Shown here piece after piece: positions 10,631-23,323 of a stretch of 64,000 nucleotides of DNA. Within the stretch, counting starts at the first letter, position 1; every line of letters starts with the position of its first letter. The stretch covers positions 62,001 through 126,000 of the forward strand of contig MCFE01000203.1 of the NCBI GenBank assembly GCA_002104905.1, read 5' to 3'. Origin of the DNA: Basidiobolus meristosporus CBS 931.73. Its lineage: Eukaryota > Fungi > Basidiobolomycota. The translations under genes and the position numbers were made by a program. Below the pieces are notes generated by a model. It was given only the letters and a program-made list of their open reading frames with translations. It was not told the DNA's origin and searched no databases.

Positions 10631-12129
10631 AAGTCGAACTCGCCGGAAACTAAATGCATGTCCCAATAAATTATCAAACCATTAGCTGCAATGGACCACT
10701 TGAAGATTGATATTGAAACCGAATGATCACGGCCTCCAGCGCAAGCTACAAAGCATGTTCACTACAACTGGGCATTCCTCTACAAACGAAGTCTTATCGG
10801 ACAGCCATCCACCTAGGAACTGCCCTTTTTTGACAAGAAAACCACCGCTTACATAATGACCTGATTTAGGATATCGCGAACACTAATTGTTGATGGGTTC
10901 CATGGAGCATTATCATAATTCTCCGCACTGGAGATATCTTGGTGTATTTGATGGATTTAATTGATAAATAAATAAACGAATATTGTCTAACCATATTACT
11001 AAGCTATCAACGCCAGTCTGTATAGCAATGTCCGACCTCCCCCGGAGATCACTAATAGAAATGCATTAAAAATCGGGCTAAAAGAATCCCCTGAATTATC
11101 AAGGGCATTTGGACAACATCCAGACTTTTAAACGTTTCCACAGTTATGAAGAATTGCCTAATATGTTACCAAGACCAATCGACATCTGACAACTGAATTC
11201 GTTGGGAGTATGCAGTCCTGATTAGTTGCACACACGCATACCGTAGTCTTGGTTCGGGAAGAGTACATCCACTGGGAAATGTGCTAATGCCCCCAACACT
11301 AAGCCATGAATGCGCCATGAGCATTCCTCGACACCGTGTCTGGCCTCTCCTTCCGACATTTTTATGACAATCACCATGTGGCAGAGACTCGTATATGATT
11401 CCCAATAATAGAAGAGGGAAATGGAGTTTCCTTTTTTGCCAAATCCAGCCAAAGGCGTGCACTGGGCTGGTCGACCAAGACAAGGATTTATGCAATGTCG
11501 TGTTGGGAAGGTTGTTTGGTTAACTAGGCCCAACTTGACCAGACCTGCACACAATTCATCCGGTCAAATGAATTATGTAACATCACATGACATATGACTA
11601 CATGAAGCATTAGTGTGATAATGCACCCTACATGCTTGGCTTGTGACTAACCTCAGAATATATAATAATGACAAGAGTGCTACGAAATCTCGAGCACCGA
11701 AGACCCAACATCTCATTGGTGGGGGAAGAATGATTCAATGGAATCAGTCACTCGAGAAGTATGGCTAAACCTTTCCACTGATTTCTTACGCAATCGAATC
11801 ACCAGGTGCGTCATCGATCCACACCCACATATAGATTACCTGGCCATTCAAATATCTTACCAAATCTTTCGAAGTCACTCGTCCACGATCGAACCAATTT
11901 TCTTTGGATTTGGGTTCGACCTTGTGACTGGTTGTGTCGATTCACCGACTCATTTACCCATCCCTTCCCTCGCCCAGTTGTATATGCTCAACGAAATTTC
12001 ATGCTCCCCGTCACGTGGCTGGCGGTGGACTTTTTTTTCGAATGGATCCTGCTCTTTTACGGATTTCCTCGACGCCGTCACTTGCTATCGTACCATATAT
12101 TTCCACAACCCGCACGCACACAAACCCAA

Positions 12130-15100
12130 ATGAACCTGCAAAGTGACACCCGCTCGGCCAATATCGCCGCCGCCCACGAAATGGACTGCCCGCCATTTGC
12201 GGTGGCGCGCCGTCGAAGAGCGCAATCCGTATCTCATTTAACCTACGCGTTGACGTCGGCCTTGAAATTGCCTCCCATCAACGAAGCAGATGGTGGTTAC
12301 CTCTACCACCCACCCAACCAGAAAAGCCACTCCGTGGCGAAAGGACCTAGTTGGGAGCCCACGCTGGAACACGCCATCAAAGCTATCGTGTCTATCAGGG
12401 CAAACCATGTTCGGAGCTTCGATACTGAGACTTCAGGTAAACGAGGGGTACCAGTGTAAGTGAACCCACATGCATTAGCTAACTGGCCGTCCGTAACTAG
12501 GCTCATACACTGCCACTGGATTCGTGGTGGACGCCGAGCGCGGCATCATCCTTTCAAATAGACACGTCGTGAGCCCCGCCCCCATCATAGCCCAGGCGGT
12601 GTTCACAAACTACGAGGAGGTGAATCTTCAACCGATCTACCGAGACCCAGTGCATGATTTTGGGTTTTTCAAGTTCGATCCTTCGGCGATCAAATTCATG
12701 AACCTGGTGGAGATTCCACTCACCCCAGAACGAGCCAAAGTCGGCCTGGATATCAGGGTGGTTGGAAACGATGCAGGAGAGAAGCTGTCCATTCTGGCCG
12801 GAACGCTAGCCCGCCTCGATCGTAGAGCGCCTGATTACGGCATTGGAGAGTATAATGACTTCAACACCTTTTACCTGCAAGCTGCATCCGGGACAAGCGG
12901 CGGCTCGTCTGGTAGTCCGGTGCTGGATATTGAGGGGCATGCTATCGCGTTGAATGCCGGTGGCGCCTCCAAGGCATCCTCCAGCTATTATCTGCCTTTG
13001 AACCGAATTGTGGCGGCGCTGAAGTATATACAGCAGGGGAAACCTGTGCCACGAGGCACATTCCAAACCGAGTTCGAGCATCTCCCATACGACGACATTC
13101 GCAGGCTCGGGCTCAATGCCGAACTGGAGAAGGAGATTCGACAAATCTTCCCAGACGAGACCGGGTTGTTGGTAGTTCGCCAAGTTCTTCCCAAAGGCCC
13201 GGGGGATAAGATCCTGATTCCGGGAGACATTGTGCTTCGGTTGAACCACAAGTATATCACCAATTTCGTGGATCTGTTCGCAGTGGTGGATGAATCGGTG
13301 GGCGCAGATGTCGAGCTTACAATTAGCAGGGGGTCTAAGATTCTGGAGGTTACACTCCACGTGCAAGATCTGCATTCGATCACTCCCAACAAATTCGTGG
13401 AGATCGGCGGAGGTATTGTGAATGAGCTCTCATACCAATTGGCCAAGAGCTTCAGTCAGCCAGTCGGCGGAGTGTATGTGGCCACCAGTGGACATATGCT
13501 GGCCAGCGCAAGCGCATGGCGAAAGAGCATTATTCTCAGTGTGAATCACATTCCTACGCCGAATCTGGAGGCCTTTGTTGACGCGGTGCAAACCCTTCCA
13601 GACGGGGCGCGTGTTCCCATCAGATACTACTCTCTCTCCAAGGTGTACAAGGAGCGGTTAATGATCATGAATGTCGACCGCCATTGGCACAATTTCCGAG
13701 TAGCTAAGCGGGATGAACTAACCGGACTATGGCATTACGACAACATGCCGCCACCACCAGCCATCCACTCCTATTCTCCAGCCACCGCATCTTTTCCGAA
13801 TCTGGAAGGCAACATGAAGCTAGCAGGGGAATTGCTACCCTCCTTTGTGGCGATCGACTTCCATATTCCTTACTTGGTGGATGGTATGAAAGATACCCAA
13901 TTTTACGGCATAGGCCTCGTCGTGGATACAAACCGGGGGCTGATCGTTTGCGACCGTGATACCGTACCGATCTCTATTGGGGATATCTTTCTCACCTTTG
14001 CCAACTCCATCATCATCCCTGGCCGACTCTTGTACCTTCACCCATTCTTCAACTTTGCCGTGCTCGAGTATGACCCGGAATTGCTTGGAACTACACCCGT
14101 CAAGGCGGCGGATATCCTTTACGACCACCCTCTATCGCAAGGAGATGAAGTCCATATGGTAGCGATCAGTGCTGATCACAATCCTTTGGTTAGACGCACC
14201 TACGTGACCAGTATCGGCAATGTTGCCACTCGAGAATGCTCGCCTCCAAGGTGGAGGGCCATGAATGTCGAAGGGATCAAGCTGGATGACCCTGTTTCAT
14301 GCCAAGGTGGAGTATTGTGCAATGCAGAAGGCCAGGTCCTTGCGCTCTGGATAAATTATTCGAGTCAAGATGACAAGCAAAAGGATATCTCGTTTATGAC
14401 CGGATTCTCCGTGGACCATCTAAGGCCCGTTGTTGAGCCACTCAGCAATGGGGAATCACCCAAGTTAAGGACGGTGGATGTTGAGTTTTGGACCTTGAGA
14501 ATCGCGGCAGCCAGAACCCTTGGCCTGACCGATGAATGGGTCCAACGGCTTGAATCCTCTGGAGCAAACCAGCATACTTTACTATATGTTCTAAGCTTAC
14601 TATCATCCAACTCTCCGGTCTCGAAAGTACTGAACGTTGGTGACGTAGTTCTTGAAATGAACGGCAAGATCGTTAACAAGATGGGAGACCTAGCACAGTT
14701 GAACAAGGAGGAGGAGGTAGAGATGGTGGGTATTTCGAAGCAATTGTTATGAACTTGTAGCCTTGATGTTAACCTTCCCTTATAGAAAATCCTACGAGAC
14801 GGACACGAGCTCACAGTAAGGGTTCCGACCGTTCCCCTTGATGGCCAGGGAACAACCAGGATTATCGGCTGGGCAGGTGCACTAGTTCAAGAGCCCTACC
14901 GAGCAGTTCTAGAGCAGGTGAAGAGCATCCCTCAAGGCGTATACGTTTCATGCACACTCTATGGCTCCCCATCAAATACATACAACCTGAAACCGGGGGT
15001 CTGGATCTCTGAGATCAACGATATCCCGGTTCGTGACCTCCACTCATTCTGCGATGCGGTGAAATTGCTACAAAATCGACCCCGAAAGAGCGCAGATGAT

Positions 15101-15247
15101 GAGTATATCCGATTGAAGACAATCAGCCGAGCTGGCGAGACTGTCCGAGTCCTGAGCCTGAAAACCGATGAGCATTACTGGCCAACCTGGCAATTAGTTC
15201 AGGATCAGAGTACAACCGCCGGGTGGAGATGTATATTCGAAATATGA
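12130..15247 (+). CDS. NMA111: Nma111/Ynm3 HtrA-like nuclear serine protease (3 exons: 12130-12436, 12501-14725, 14786-15247)
   Basis: ATGFVVDAERGIILSNRHVV, YRDPVHDFGF, catalytic GGSSGSPV, PDZ-like repeats and a second protease-like domain. GT-AG introns at 12437-12500 and 14726-14785 restore the frame. Confidence 0.93.
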
Positions 15248-15354
15248 TTTGGCCTTATCATTGGGATTATATAGGTGACCATCTTTATCTCGAACTTCAT
15301 TTATTGCCTTATGTATCATATCCGTTCACGAATACTTGGTGAAACAATGCTAGA

Positions 15355-18300
15355 TAGACCAAGGAATTGAAATAAACCATCACGATTCTCAATTGCATAC
15401 GTAGCACGCGTATCCATTGTTGTGCCACGCAAAGTGTTCATCCTAAATGAGATGATGTTACTGATGTGCCTGCAGAGTATCATCAGTCGACGAAAACTCT
15501 AATGACCGGATTCCCAGTGATAGACTGGGGATGGGAATGGCAGCCCGGTAGCTGGTTACACCAGCTCCGATTTGGTCATTTCAAGAAGCAATCACAAGAG
15601 TGATGATGAATATTTGAGTGTGCGAACGGAGTACGAAACCGCATCTGTGGGCAAGAACTGATTCATCATATCAAGAAAATCCCCTTCGCCCAGAGAAATA
15701 TCACTCATGTGAAAATATTCGAGTATTGCGCATGTACAGAGTCTGTAGAACCTCGCTAGTATAAATACATACATCTGAGGATCAGCAGCAGCATTCCCCG
15801 CCTATCTCCTATCACATTCATCGTATCATGAAGTCCTCGACCGCCTTCCTTGCTCTGGCCTCCTCTATCCTGGCTGTGAACGCTTGCGATTCCGAGTGGC
15901 TCCAACGTAAGATCACCCTCCAGGGGCTTCTAAGACACACCAACAACTTCCAGAAGTTCGCCAATGCTCACAACCACACCCGCGTGTTCGGCAGTGAAGG
16001 CCATCAGAAGACCGTCGACTACATCCATGGGATTGTCAAGAACGCGGGATACGATGTAACCATCCAGGAGTTCACTGCTCCTTATTCCGAAACATTGGCA
16101 CAGAAGCTTTCCGTGAACGGCAAGGAGTACGATATCCAGGCAATGACCCTGACTGCCTCCACACCTGAAGGCGGATTGACCGCTCCACTTGTTCTTGTCC
16201 CCGATGTCGCCGGTGAGAAGGGCTCGGCTGGATGTGAAGATGGAGACTTCGCTGGTCTTGATCTCAAAGGGAAGATTGCCTTGGTCGAAAGAGGCTCCTG
16301 CGCATTCAACAACAAATCCTTGAATGCCGGTAAGCTTGGCGCCGTTGCTACCATTGTGTACAACAACGCAGCTGGTGACCTGAAGGGAACCCTCGGTGCT
16401 GAGGATACTTCCAAGATCCCCACCGGTGGCATCAGTCAGGAATCCGGAAAGGCGTTGATCGAGCTGCTGAAGAAGGGTGAAGTCAAGGCAGCCTTGAATT
16501 TGGTGGAACTCAATGAGGTTCGTTCCACCTACAACGTGATTGCTGAGACTAAGGGTGGAGATGCATCCAAGGTCGTCATGCTTGGCGCTCACTCCGACTC
16601 TGTCCAAGCTGGCCCTGGAATCAACGACAACGGGTCAGGAAGCGCAGCCCTTCTCGAACTAGCCTACCAGTTCCGCAACGTCAAGCCTAAGAACAAGGTT
16701 CGTTTCGCATGGTGGTCAGCCGAGGAGTTCGGACTCCTTGGATCGGAGTACTACGTCAGCAAATTGCAAAAGACCGACATTGCCAACATCGCGGTGATGC
16801 TCAACTTCGACATGATTGCCTCGCCAAACTACGTGATCCGTATTTACAACGGCGATGAGAGCGGCCAACCTGTGCCAGCTGGCTCTGAAGTTGTCACCAA
16901 ATTGTTCGAGGATCACTTCAAGGCTAAGAAAATCACCTATCTCAGTGAGCCAGCTCCCTTTGACCGTACCGATATTGGACCTTTCTCCGCTGTAGGCATT
17001 CCATCTGGAGGCTTGGAAACTGGCGCCGAGAAGCTGAAGACTGAGGAAGAAGCCAAACTGTTTGGTGGTAAGGCTGGCGAGCCATATGACAAGTGCTATC
17101 ACCTTGCTTGTGATACCACTGCCAACCTTGCCCACAAAGCATTCTTGATCAATGGCCGCGGTATCGCTCACGCAGTGGCAACCTACTCCCAAGATGTCTC
17201 CACCGTAGCAGCCGCTCGTGGTGGCCCAGCCAAGAAGACCAAAAGAGGAGTGGCCCCAATCAGCCATGGATCAGGAGGCTGCACCTTACCAAAAGCATAA
17301 CTAGCATCGCTAAAGTAAATACCTTCAACTGAGACAGCTCATCCTACCATCCACTATTGTGGAAAATTTTGTAATAAAATCCAGCATAAATACCCTGATT
17401 CTCAGTAACAGCAGGGAGGTCGTACCGAACTGTGGGGTGTATCATCAATATATGTGGCATCGAATTACCCTAATTTCACTCCCGTCCAGTTGCTTGGCCT
17501 ATGGTCACCTATTGCTGGAGATCAAGGACCATATTGTTACTCTGAATACCAGCCAGGTTAACAGAATTGGCTTGTACTCGGCATGCAGACCTGTGACCCA
17601 TTTTGCTTACCTAATTGGTATTGAGCATAGCCCCGTACGAAGCTCGGATCTGAAGACGAACCAAATCGAGAGAGTTTGGAACCTTCCCGTATGAGACTGG
17701 TCGATTGATGGTGGTAGTTATGGATGCCAATGTTTGGCTCAAAAAAGCTACGGAATCAGAGACGAGAGAGGTTACATCTGAGACTCAGGTTCTACATTCG
17801 ATTGATAGCGAAGGCACGCCAGCAGGTAAACGATCCAAGATGCCCTGTTCCACAATCAAGCCAAGAAAGAATATTATGTCAGAGAGTCAAAGGCATGTTT
17901 TCATTAATGATCTCCCCAAATTGGCGAAACCGTGCGAGTGTTGGGCACGCTAGCTCGGTAATTGACAGTACGTACATCAGATAGGACGGTCAGTCGGTAA
18001 CATAATTCAACCGCCTTATTCAGTTTACATATTTTCTGATGTGCCATATCCATTCCCATTTGCTTAGCGAAAAAACGCTGAACAGACCAGGGAATTGAAG
18101 TAAACCATCACGATTCTGTATTGCCTACCAAACCCACTTGTCCATTGTTGTGCCACGCAAGGTGTTCATCCTAAATGAGATGATGTTACTGATGTGCCTG
18201 CAGAGTATCATCAGTCGACGAAAACTCTAATGACCGGATTCCCAGTGATAGACTGGGGATGGGAATGGCAGCCCGGTAGCTGGTTACACCAGCTCCGATT

Positions 18301-18547
18301 TGGTCATTTCAAGAAGCAATCACAAGAGTGATGATGAATATTTGAGTGTGCGAACGGAGTACGAAACCGCATCTGTGGGCAAGAACTGATTCATCATATC
18401 AAGAAAATCCTCTTCGTCCAGAGAAACCACATTCATGCGAACATTCCCAGCATCCAGCTTGTATCGAGCTTATAGAACCTCGCTAGTATAAATACATACA
18501 TCTGAGGATCAGCAGCAGCATTCCCCTCCTATCACATTCATCATATC
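15355..18547 (+). repeat. Duplicated upstream regions of the M28 copies (about 15355-15827 and 18084-18547)
   Basis: Shared blocks such as GTTCATCCTAAATGAGATGATGTTACTGATGTGCCTGCAG and TAGTATAAATACATACATCTGAGG. Confidence 0.85.
15828..17300 (+). CDS. Secreted M28 aminopeptidase with PA domain (aminopeptidase Y/LAP-like), copy 1, 490 aa
   Basis: Signal peptide, PA domain (GKIALVERGSCAF..K), and intact metal-ligand motifs GAHSDSV, GINDNGSG, WSAEEFGLLGS, NFDMIA, CYHLACD. TATAAATA at about 15760. Confidence 0.93.
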   Translation: MKSSTAFLALASSILAVNACDSEWLQRKITLQGLLRHTNNFQKFANAHNHTRVFGSEGHQKTVDYIHGIVKNAGYDVTIQEFTAPYSETLAQKLSVNGKEYDIQAMTLTASTPEGGLTAPLVLVPDVAGEKGSAGCEDGDFAGLDLKGKIALVERGSCAFNNKSLNAGKLGAVATIVYNNAAGDLKGTLGAEDTSKIPTGGISQESGKALIELLKKGEVKAALNLVELNEVRSTYNVIAETKGGDASKVVMLGAHSDSVQAGPGINDNGSGSAALLELAYQFRNVKPKNKVRFAWWSAEEFGLLGSEYYVSKLQKTDIANIAVMLNFDMIASPNYVIRIYNGDESGQPVPAGSEVVTKLFEDHFKAKKITYLSEPAPFDRTDIGPFSAVGIPSGGLETGAEKLKTEEEAKLFGGKAGEPYDKCYHLACDTTANLAHKAFLINGRGIAHAVATYSQDVSTVAAARGGPAKKTKRGVAPISHGSGGCTLPKA

Positions 18548-20020
18548 ATGAAGTCCTCGACCGCCTTCTTTGCTCTGGCCTCCTCTATCCTGGCTGTGAA
18601 CGCTTGCGATTCCGAGTGGCTCCAACGTAAGATCACCCTCCAGGGGCTTCTGAGACACACCAACAACTTCCAGAAGTTCGCCAATGCCCACAACCACACC
18701 CGCGTGTTCGGCAGTGAAGGCCATCAGAAGACCGTCGACTACATCCATGGGATTGTCAAGAACGCGGGATACGATGTAACCATCCAGGAGTTCACTGCTC
18801 CTTATTCCGAAACATTGGCACAGAAGCTTTCCGTGAACGGAAAGGAGTACGATATCCAGGCAATGACCCTGACTGCCTCCACACCTGAAGGCGGATTGAC
18901 CGCTCCACTTGTTCTTGTCCCCGATGTCGCCGGTGAGAAGGGCTCGGCTGGATGTGAAGATGGAGACTTCGCTGGACTTGATCTCAAAGGGAAGATTGCC
19001 TTGGTCGAAAGAGGCTCCTGCGCATTCAACAACAAATCCTTGAATGCCGGTAAGCTTGGCGCTGTTGCTACCATTGTGTACAACAACGCAGCTGGTGACC
19101 TGAAGGGAACCCTCGGTGCTGAGGATACTTCCAAGATCCCCACCGGTGGCATCAGTCAGGAATCCGGAAAGGCGTTGATCGAGCTGCTGAAGAAGGGTGA
19201 AGTCAAGGTAGCTTTGAATTTGGTGGAGTTCAGAGAGAATCGTTCCACCTACAACGTGATTGCCGAGACTAAGGGTGGAGATGCATCCAAGGTCGTCATG
19301 CTTGGCGCTCACTCCGACTCTGTCCAAGCTGGCCCTGGAATCAACGACAACGGGTCAGGAAGCGCAGCCCTTCTCGAACTAGCCTACCAGTTCCGCAACG
19401 TCAAGCCTAAGAACAAGGTTCGTTTCGCATGGTGGTCAGCCGAGGAGTTCGGACTCCTTGGATCGGAGTACTACGTCAGCAAATTGCAAAAGACCGGCAT
19501 TGCCAACATCGCGGTGATGCTCAACTTCGATATGGTTGCTTCTCCAAACTACGTAATCCGTGTATATAACGGTGATGAAAGTGGACAGCCTGTGCCAGCT
19601 GGTTCCGAAGTCGTCACCAAATTGTTCGAGGATCACTTCAAGGCCAAGAAGATTTCATATGTGAGCGGTGTATTTCCCTTCAGTCGCTCAGATGTTGGAC
19701 CTTTCGCAGCAGCTGGCATCCCATCGGGAGGTTTGGATACTGGCGCCGAGAAGCTGAAGACTGAGGAAGAAGCCAAACTGTTTGGTGGTAAGGCTGGCGA
19801 GCCATATGACAAGTGCTATCACCTTGCTTGTGATACCACTGCCAACCTTGCCCACAAAGCATTCTTGATCAATGGCCGCGGTATCGCTCACGCAGTGGCA
19901 ACCTACTCCCAAGATGTCTCCACCGTAGCAGCCGCTCGTGGTGGCCCAGCCAAGAAGACCAAGAGAGATGTAGCACCAGTTCATAATGGATCGGGTGGAT
20001 GCTCCCTCCCCAAAGTGTAA
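18548..20020 (+). CDS. Secreted M28 aminopeptidase with PA domain, copy 2, 490 aa
   Basis: Near-identical paralog of 15828-17300 with the same intact motifs. Confidence 0.93.
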   Translation: MKSSTAFFALASSILAVNACDSEWLQRKITLQGLLRHTNNFQKFANAHNHTRVFGSEGHQKTVDYIHGIVKNAGYDVTIQEFTAPYSETLAQKLSVNGKEYDIQAMTLTASTPEGGLTAPLVLVPDVAGEKGSAGCEDGDFAGLDLKGKIALVERGSCAFNNKSLNAGKLGAVATIVYNNAAGDLKGTLGAEDTSKIPTGGISQESGKALIELLKKGEVKVALNLVEFRENRSTYNVIAETKGGDASKVVMLGAHSDSVQAGPGINDNGSGSAALLELAYQFRNVKPKNKVRFAWWSAEEFGLLGSEYYVSKLQKTGIANIAVMLNFDMVASPNYVIRVYNGDESGQPVPAGSEVVTKLFEDHFKAKKISYVSGVFPFSRSDVGPFAAAGIPSGGLDTGAEKLKTEEEAKLFGGKAGEPYDKCYHLACDTTANLAHKAFLINGRGIAHAVATYSQDVSTVAAARGGPAKKTKRDVAPVHNGSGGCSLPKV

Positions 20021-20879
20021 TGATGAAACTAAATATTGAATATTTTGATTAAATCTCTAATTATTGGCATAACGAAACGCCGGATATCACTGTTCAAGAC
20101 TGTAGAAAGATTGAACAAATTGAACGGTTAACTTATTAGTGTTTCCTCGGTGGTATGGCTGCTTTGAATCCACAGATTAGCAGAAAGCAGGTTCGCAGCA
20201 GATTCTAATGCTAGAATACTGAAGTAATGTTTCGTCTATAATATTCAAATGTTGGCTAATATCGCATATCACTCTACTTGTGATCACAGATCTTGCTGAT
20301 CTGAGACATGTCGGATTTTGAATATCTGATTCCCACTTGGCATCGATCATATATTTGCATTGATCTCCGCTACTCTGGCTATATATATTGTTCCTTGCAT
20401 GGAACCTAGCTTGTTTGTTGCGTGAGCACCACTACAGTCAATTCCGGATCTAAGAATCCAGCAGTAGCCATTGGCCATCCCTTGACTCAAGTGTTAACGA
20501 AGCTTAAGCCGCAAAAGGAAGGTACTGACTATCTGCAGATAGAATCTTGGCCTCGATCGAGTTGTTGGCTGTAGAGGCGAGAGATGATGCTATGACCTTT
20601 GCGGGATCTATGGAGCATGTCAGATGAGCTTACGTATCATGGTTAGACTGGCATCGGCAGTTTCAGCAATGGCGATCGAGATCCTAGACTGAAAACAGCA
20701 TTGTATAGCAACATTGTTTTGTACAATCCAATAAGAGCTCCCTTCCCAATCTGGTTACAAACCTTCTCATGTCTACGGGCGGGATCAGTCATCGCTCACT
20801 GCTCACTCCGCTATTAAAAACCCAGGCGATATACTTGTAATTTCCGAAATTGAAAGAATAGGGAATTGGTGCATTCAAT

Positions 20880-21080
20880 CCCAAATCGACCAACGCCGAA
20901 AACTTTGGTGCCAAAGCTACCTCCAGTTGAAGACCTGAAGGGAACTTCGGCGATGAGGATACTTCCAAGATTCCCGCCGCCGGGGGGTTCGGGAAAGTCA
21001 CTGATTGAGCTGCTCAAGAAGGACCAAGTAATGGAGCACCGTATAACACTTCGTAGCTGCGGTCGATTTTGAGAAAGGAA
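20880..21080 (+). pseudogene. Short decayed M28 peptidase fragment (PA domain end)
   Basis: GACCTGAAGGGAAC...GAGGATACTTCCAAGAT...GATTGAGCTGCTCAAGAAGG aligns with the DLKGTLGAEDTSKIP..LIELLKKG region of the intact copies, with indels. Confidence 0.7.
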
Positions 21081-21809
21081 TCGAACGATTAATTTGTTGG
21101 TGATTCTTCTGTGACATGGAATTTGTTTCAATTCTATATAATCGGTGGATTAAAAGCGGCCATAAGGCAAATTTGTAGCATATTCGGAAGTGCTAAGCAC
21201 ATTAATATCCAAGCACCAGTGACATCGCTCAAGTAATGTTTAGCTCGTGCCAAATGATGGTATTCAAAAGTTGATTAATACCACATATTCCTCTTCTTGT
21301 TCAAAGGGTGATCGTCCCTCGCATAGAATCCAGTGTGTCTTCGGTATGATCTCTACTGCGGTCAATATGATCAAATGATAACTCAGTGATAGGCATTGAT
21401 AAATCAAGCCGCTTGGTGTAGTGGCGAGAGTTGGTGATGTGATAGGCACTTTACTTACGGGGGTCGATGGAGTGTATCAAGTGGGCTGTAAGTCACTTGT
21501 TTGGACTGGTATTAGTAGTTTCAACAATGGCAATCGAGATCCATGGCTGAAAGCAACATCACACAGACAATCTGCTCGATACAATCTATTTAATGAATAT
21601 TCCCTTGCCAATCCGAATATAACCTTTCTTATGCCAAAGGGATCAATCGGCACTCACCCCACCACGGTCCAACTTTGAGATACACTAGTTGTTGTAATCT
21701 CTGTTGAGCTATATGCTCAACGCCTTTAAAGGATCATGTTGGTATAAATACCGACTTCTGAAGATCATCAGAGTATTCCTAACTTATCTCTGATCATATC
21801 CACATCAGG

Positions 21810-22810
21810 AATTCCTCGACCGCCTTCCTTGCTCTGGCCTCCTCTATCCTGGCTGTGAACGCTTGCGATTCCGAGTGGCTCCAACGTAAGATCACCCTCC
21901 AGGGGCTTCTAAGACACACCAACAACTTCCGGAAGTTCGCCAATGCCCACAACCACACCCGCGTGTTCGGCAGTGAAGGTCATCAGAAGACCGTCGACTA
22001 CATCCATGGGATTGTCAAGAGCGTTGGGTATGACGTGACAATACAAGAATTCAAAAGACTCTATATTCGGTTTCTGGGAAGGAATATGCTATTGAAACTA
22101 TGTGGCTAACCGCACCTACTCCGGATGGAGGATTAACTGCTCCACTTGTCTTGATCCCTGATATCGCTGATGATAAGGGCTCTGCTGGATGTGAGGATGG
22201 AGATTTTGCAGGCCTTGATCTCCAAGGGAAAATTGCATTGGTAGAACCGGGAGCTAGTGCATTCAATCTCAAATCCACCACCATCCGAAAAGTTTGGTGC
22301 TAAAGCAGTCATAGTATACAACAACATTCCAGAAACTTGAAAGGGAGACATGAAACCCGAGGTCACCTTCAACATCCCTGCCGGTGGCATCAGCCAGGAA
22401 TCCTGAAATGTATTGGTTGAGCTACTCAAGAAGGGTGAAGTCAAGGCAACCTCGAATTTGGCGGAGTTTCAGAGAGAATCGTTCCACTCACAACGTCATT
22501 GCTGAGACTAAGGGTGGAGATACATCCAAGGTCGTCATGCTTGGCGCTCACTCCGAACTCTGTCCAAGCTGGCCCCGAAATCAATGATAACGGGCCAGGA
22601 AGCGCAGCCCTTCTCGAACTGGCCTACCAGTTCTGTAACGTCAAGCCTAAGAACAAGGTTCGTTTCGCATGGTGGTCAGCCGAGGATTTTGGACTCCTAA
22701 GATCGGATCATTACGTCAGCAAATTGCAACATCGCGGTGATGCTCAACTTCGCCAAGCTACGTGATCCGTATTCACAACGGTGATGATGGCGGCCGACCG
22801 ATACCAGCCG
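21810..22810 (+). pseudogene. M28 aminopeptidase pseudogene (lost ATG, many frameshifts, 3' truncated)
   Basis: TATA block at about 21743. Fragments NACDSEWLQRKITLQG, LVLIPDIADDKGSAGC and KPKNKVRFAWWSAEDFGLL occur in different frames; catalytic EE is changed to ED. Confidence 0.88.
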
Positions 22811-23323
22811 GCTAGGATACTGAAGTGATGATTAGTTAGCGCAATACGATAGTATTCAACAGTTGGCTGATATCACATATTCCTCTTCTTGCCCAAACAG
22901 TAGTCATTGATCTGAAACATGTCGGATTCTGAATATCGGATTCCCCTCAGCTTCAATCATGTATTTACATTGATCCCGCTACTCTTGCCACAGTGTAAGA
23001 TCTACCAGAACACTGTCGCTTATTCCTGGCATAGAATCTAGTATATATTCGGTGTGATCTCCTCTACAGTCGAAAGCAGATTGAAAGATAATCCAGTGTT
23101 AGGAATTGGCCATTCTTCTGATGCCCCACGGTAGCAGCGGCACCAATCAACATCTGATAGTGAACAGGAATACGAAAGAAAGTTGTGACCAATACCTAAA
23201 ACATCAAAGTTCTCAGCACTATCCTTATCATTTATTTGGGTATTATCACGTCTTATGAAGTATCCTGGGCCACACATGGCGGTCATAATAATGTATAGAA
23301 TCATCATAACAAAGCCGTGTCAT

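Noticed and set aside
15930-19984. Long antisense ORFs over the M28 genes, and similarly over GRS1, RPL24, NMA111 and the permease
   Set aside because: Expected from strong codon bias on the sense strand; no independent features.
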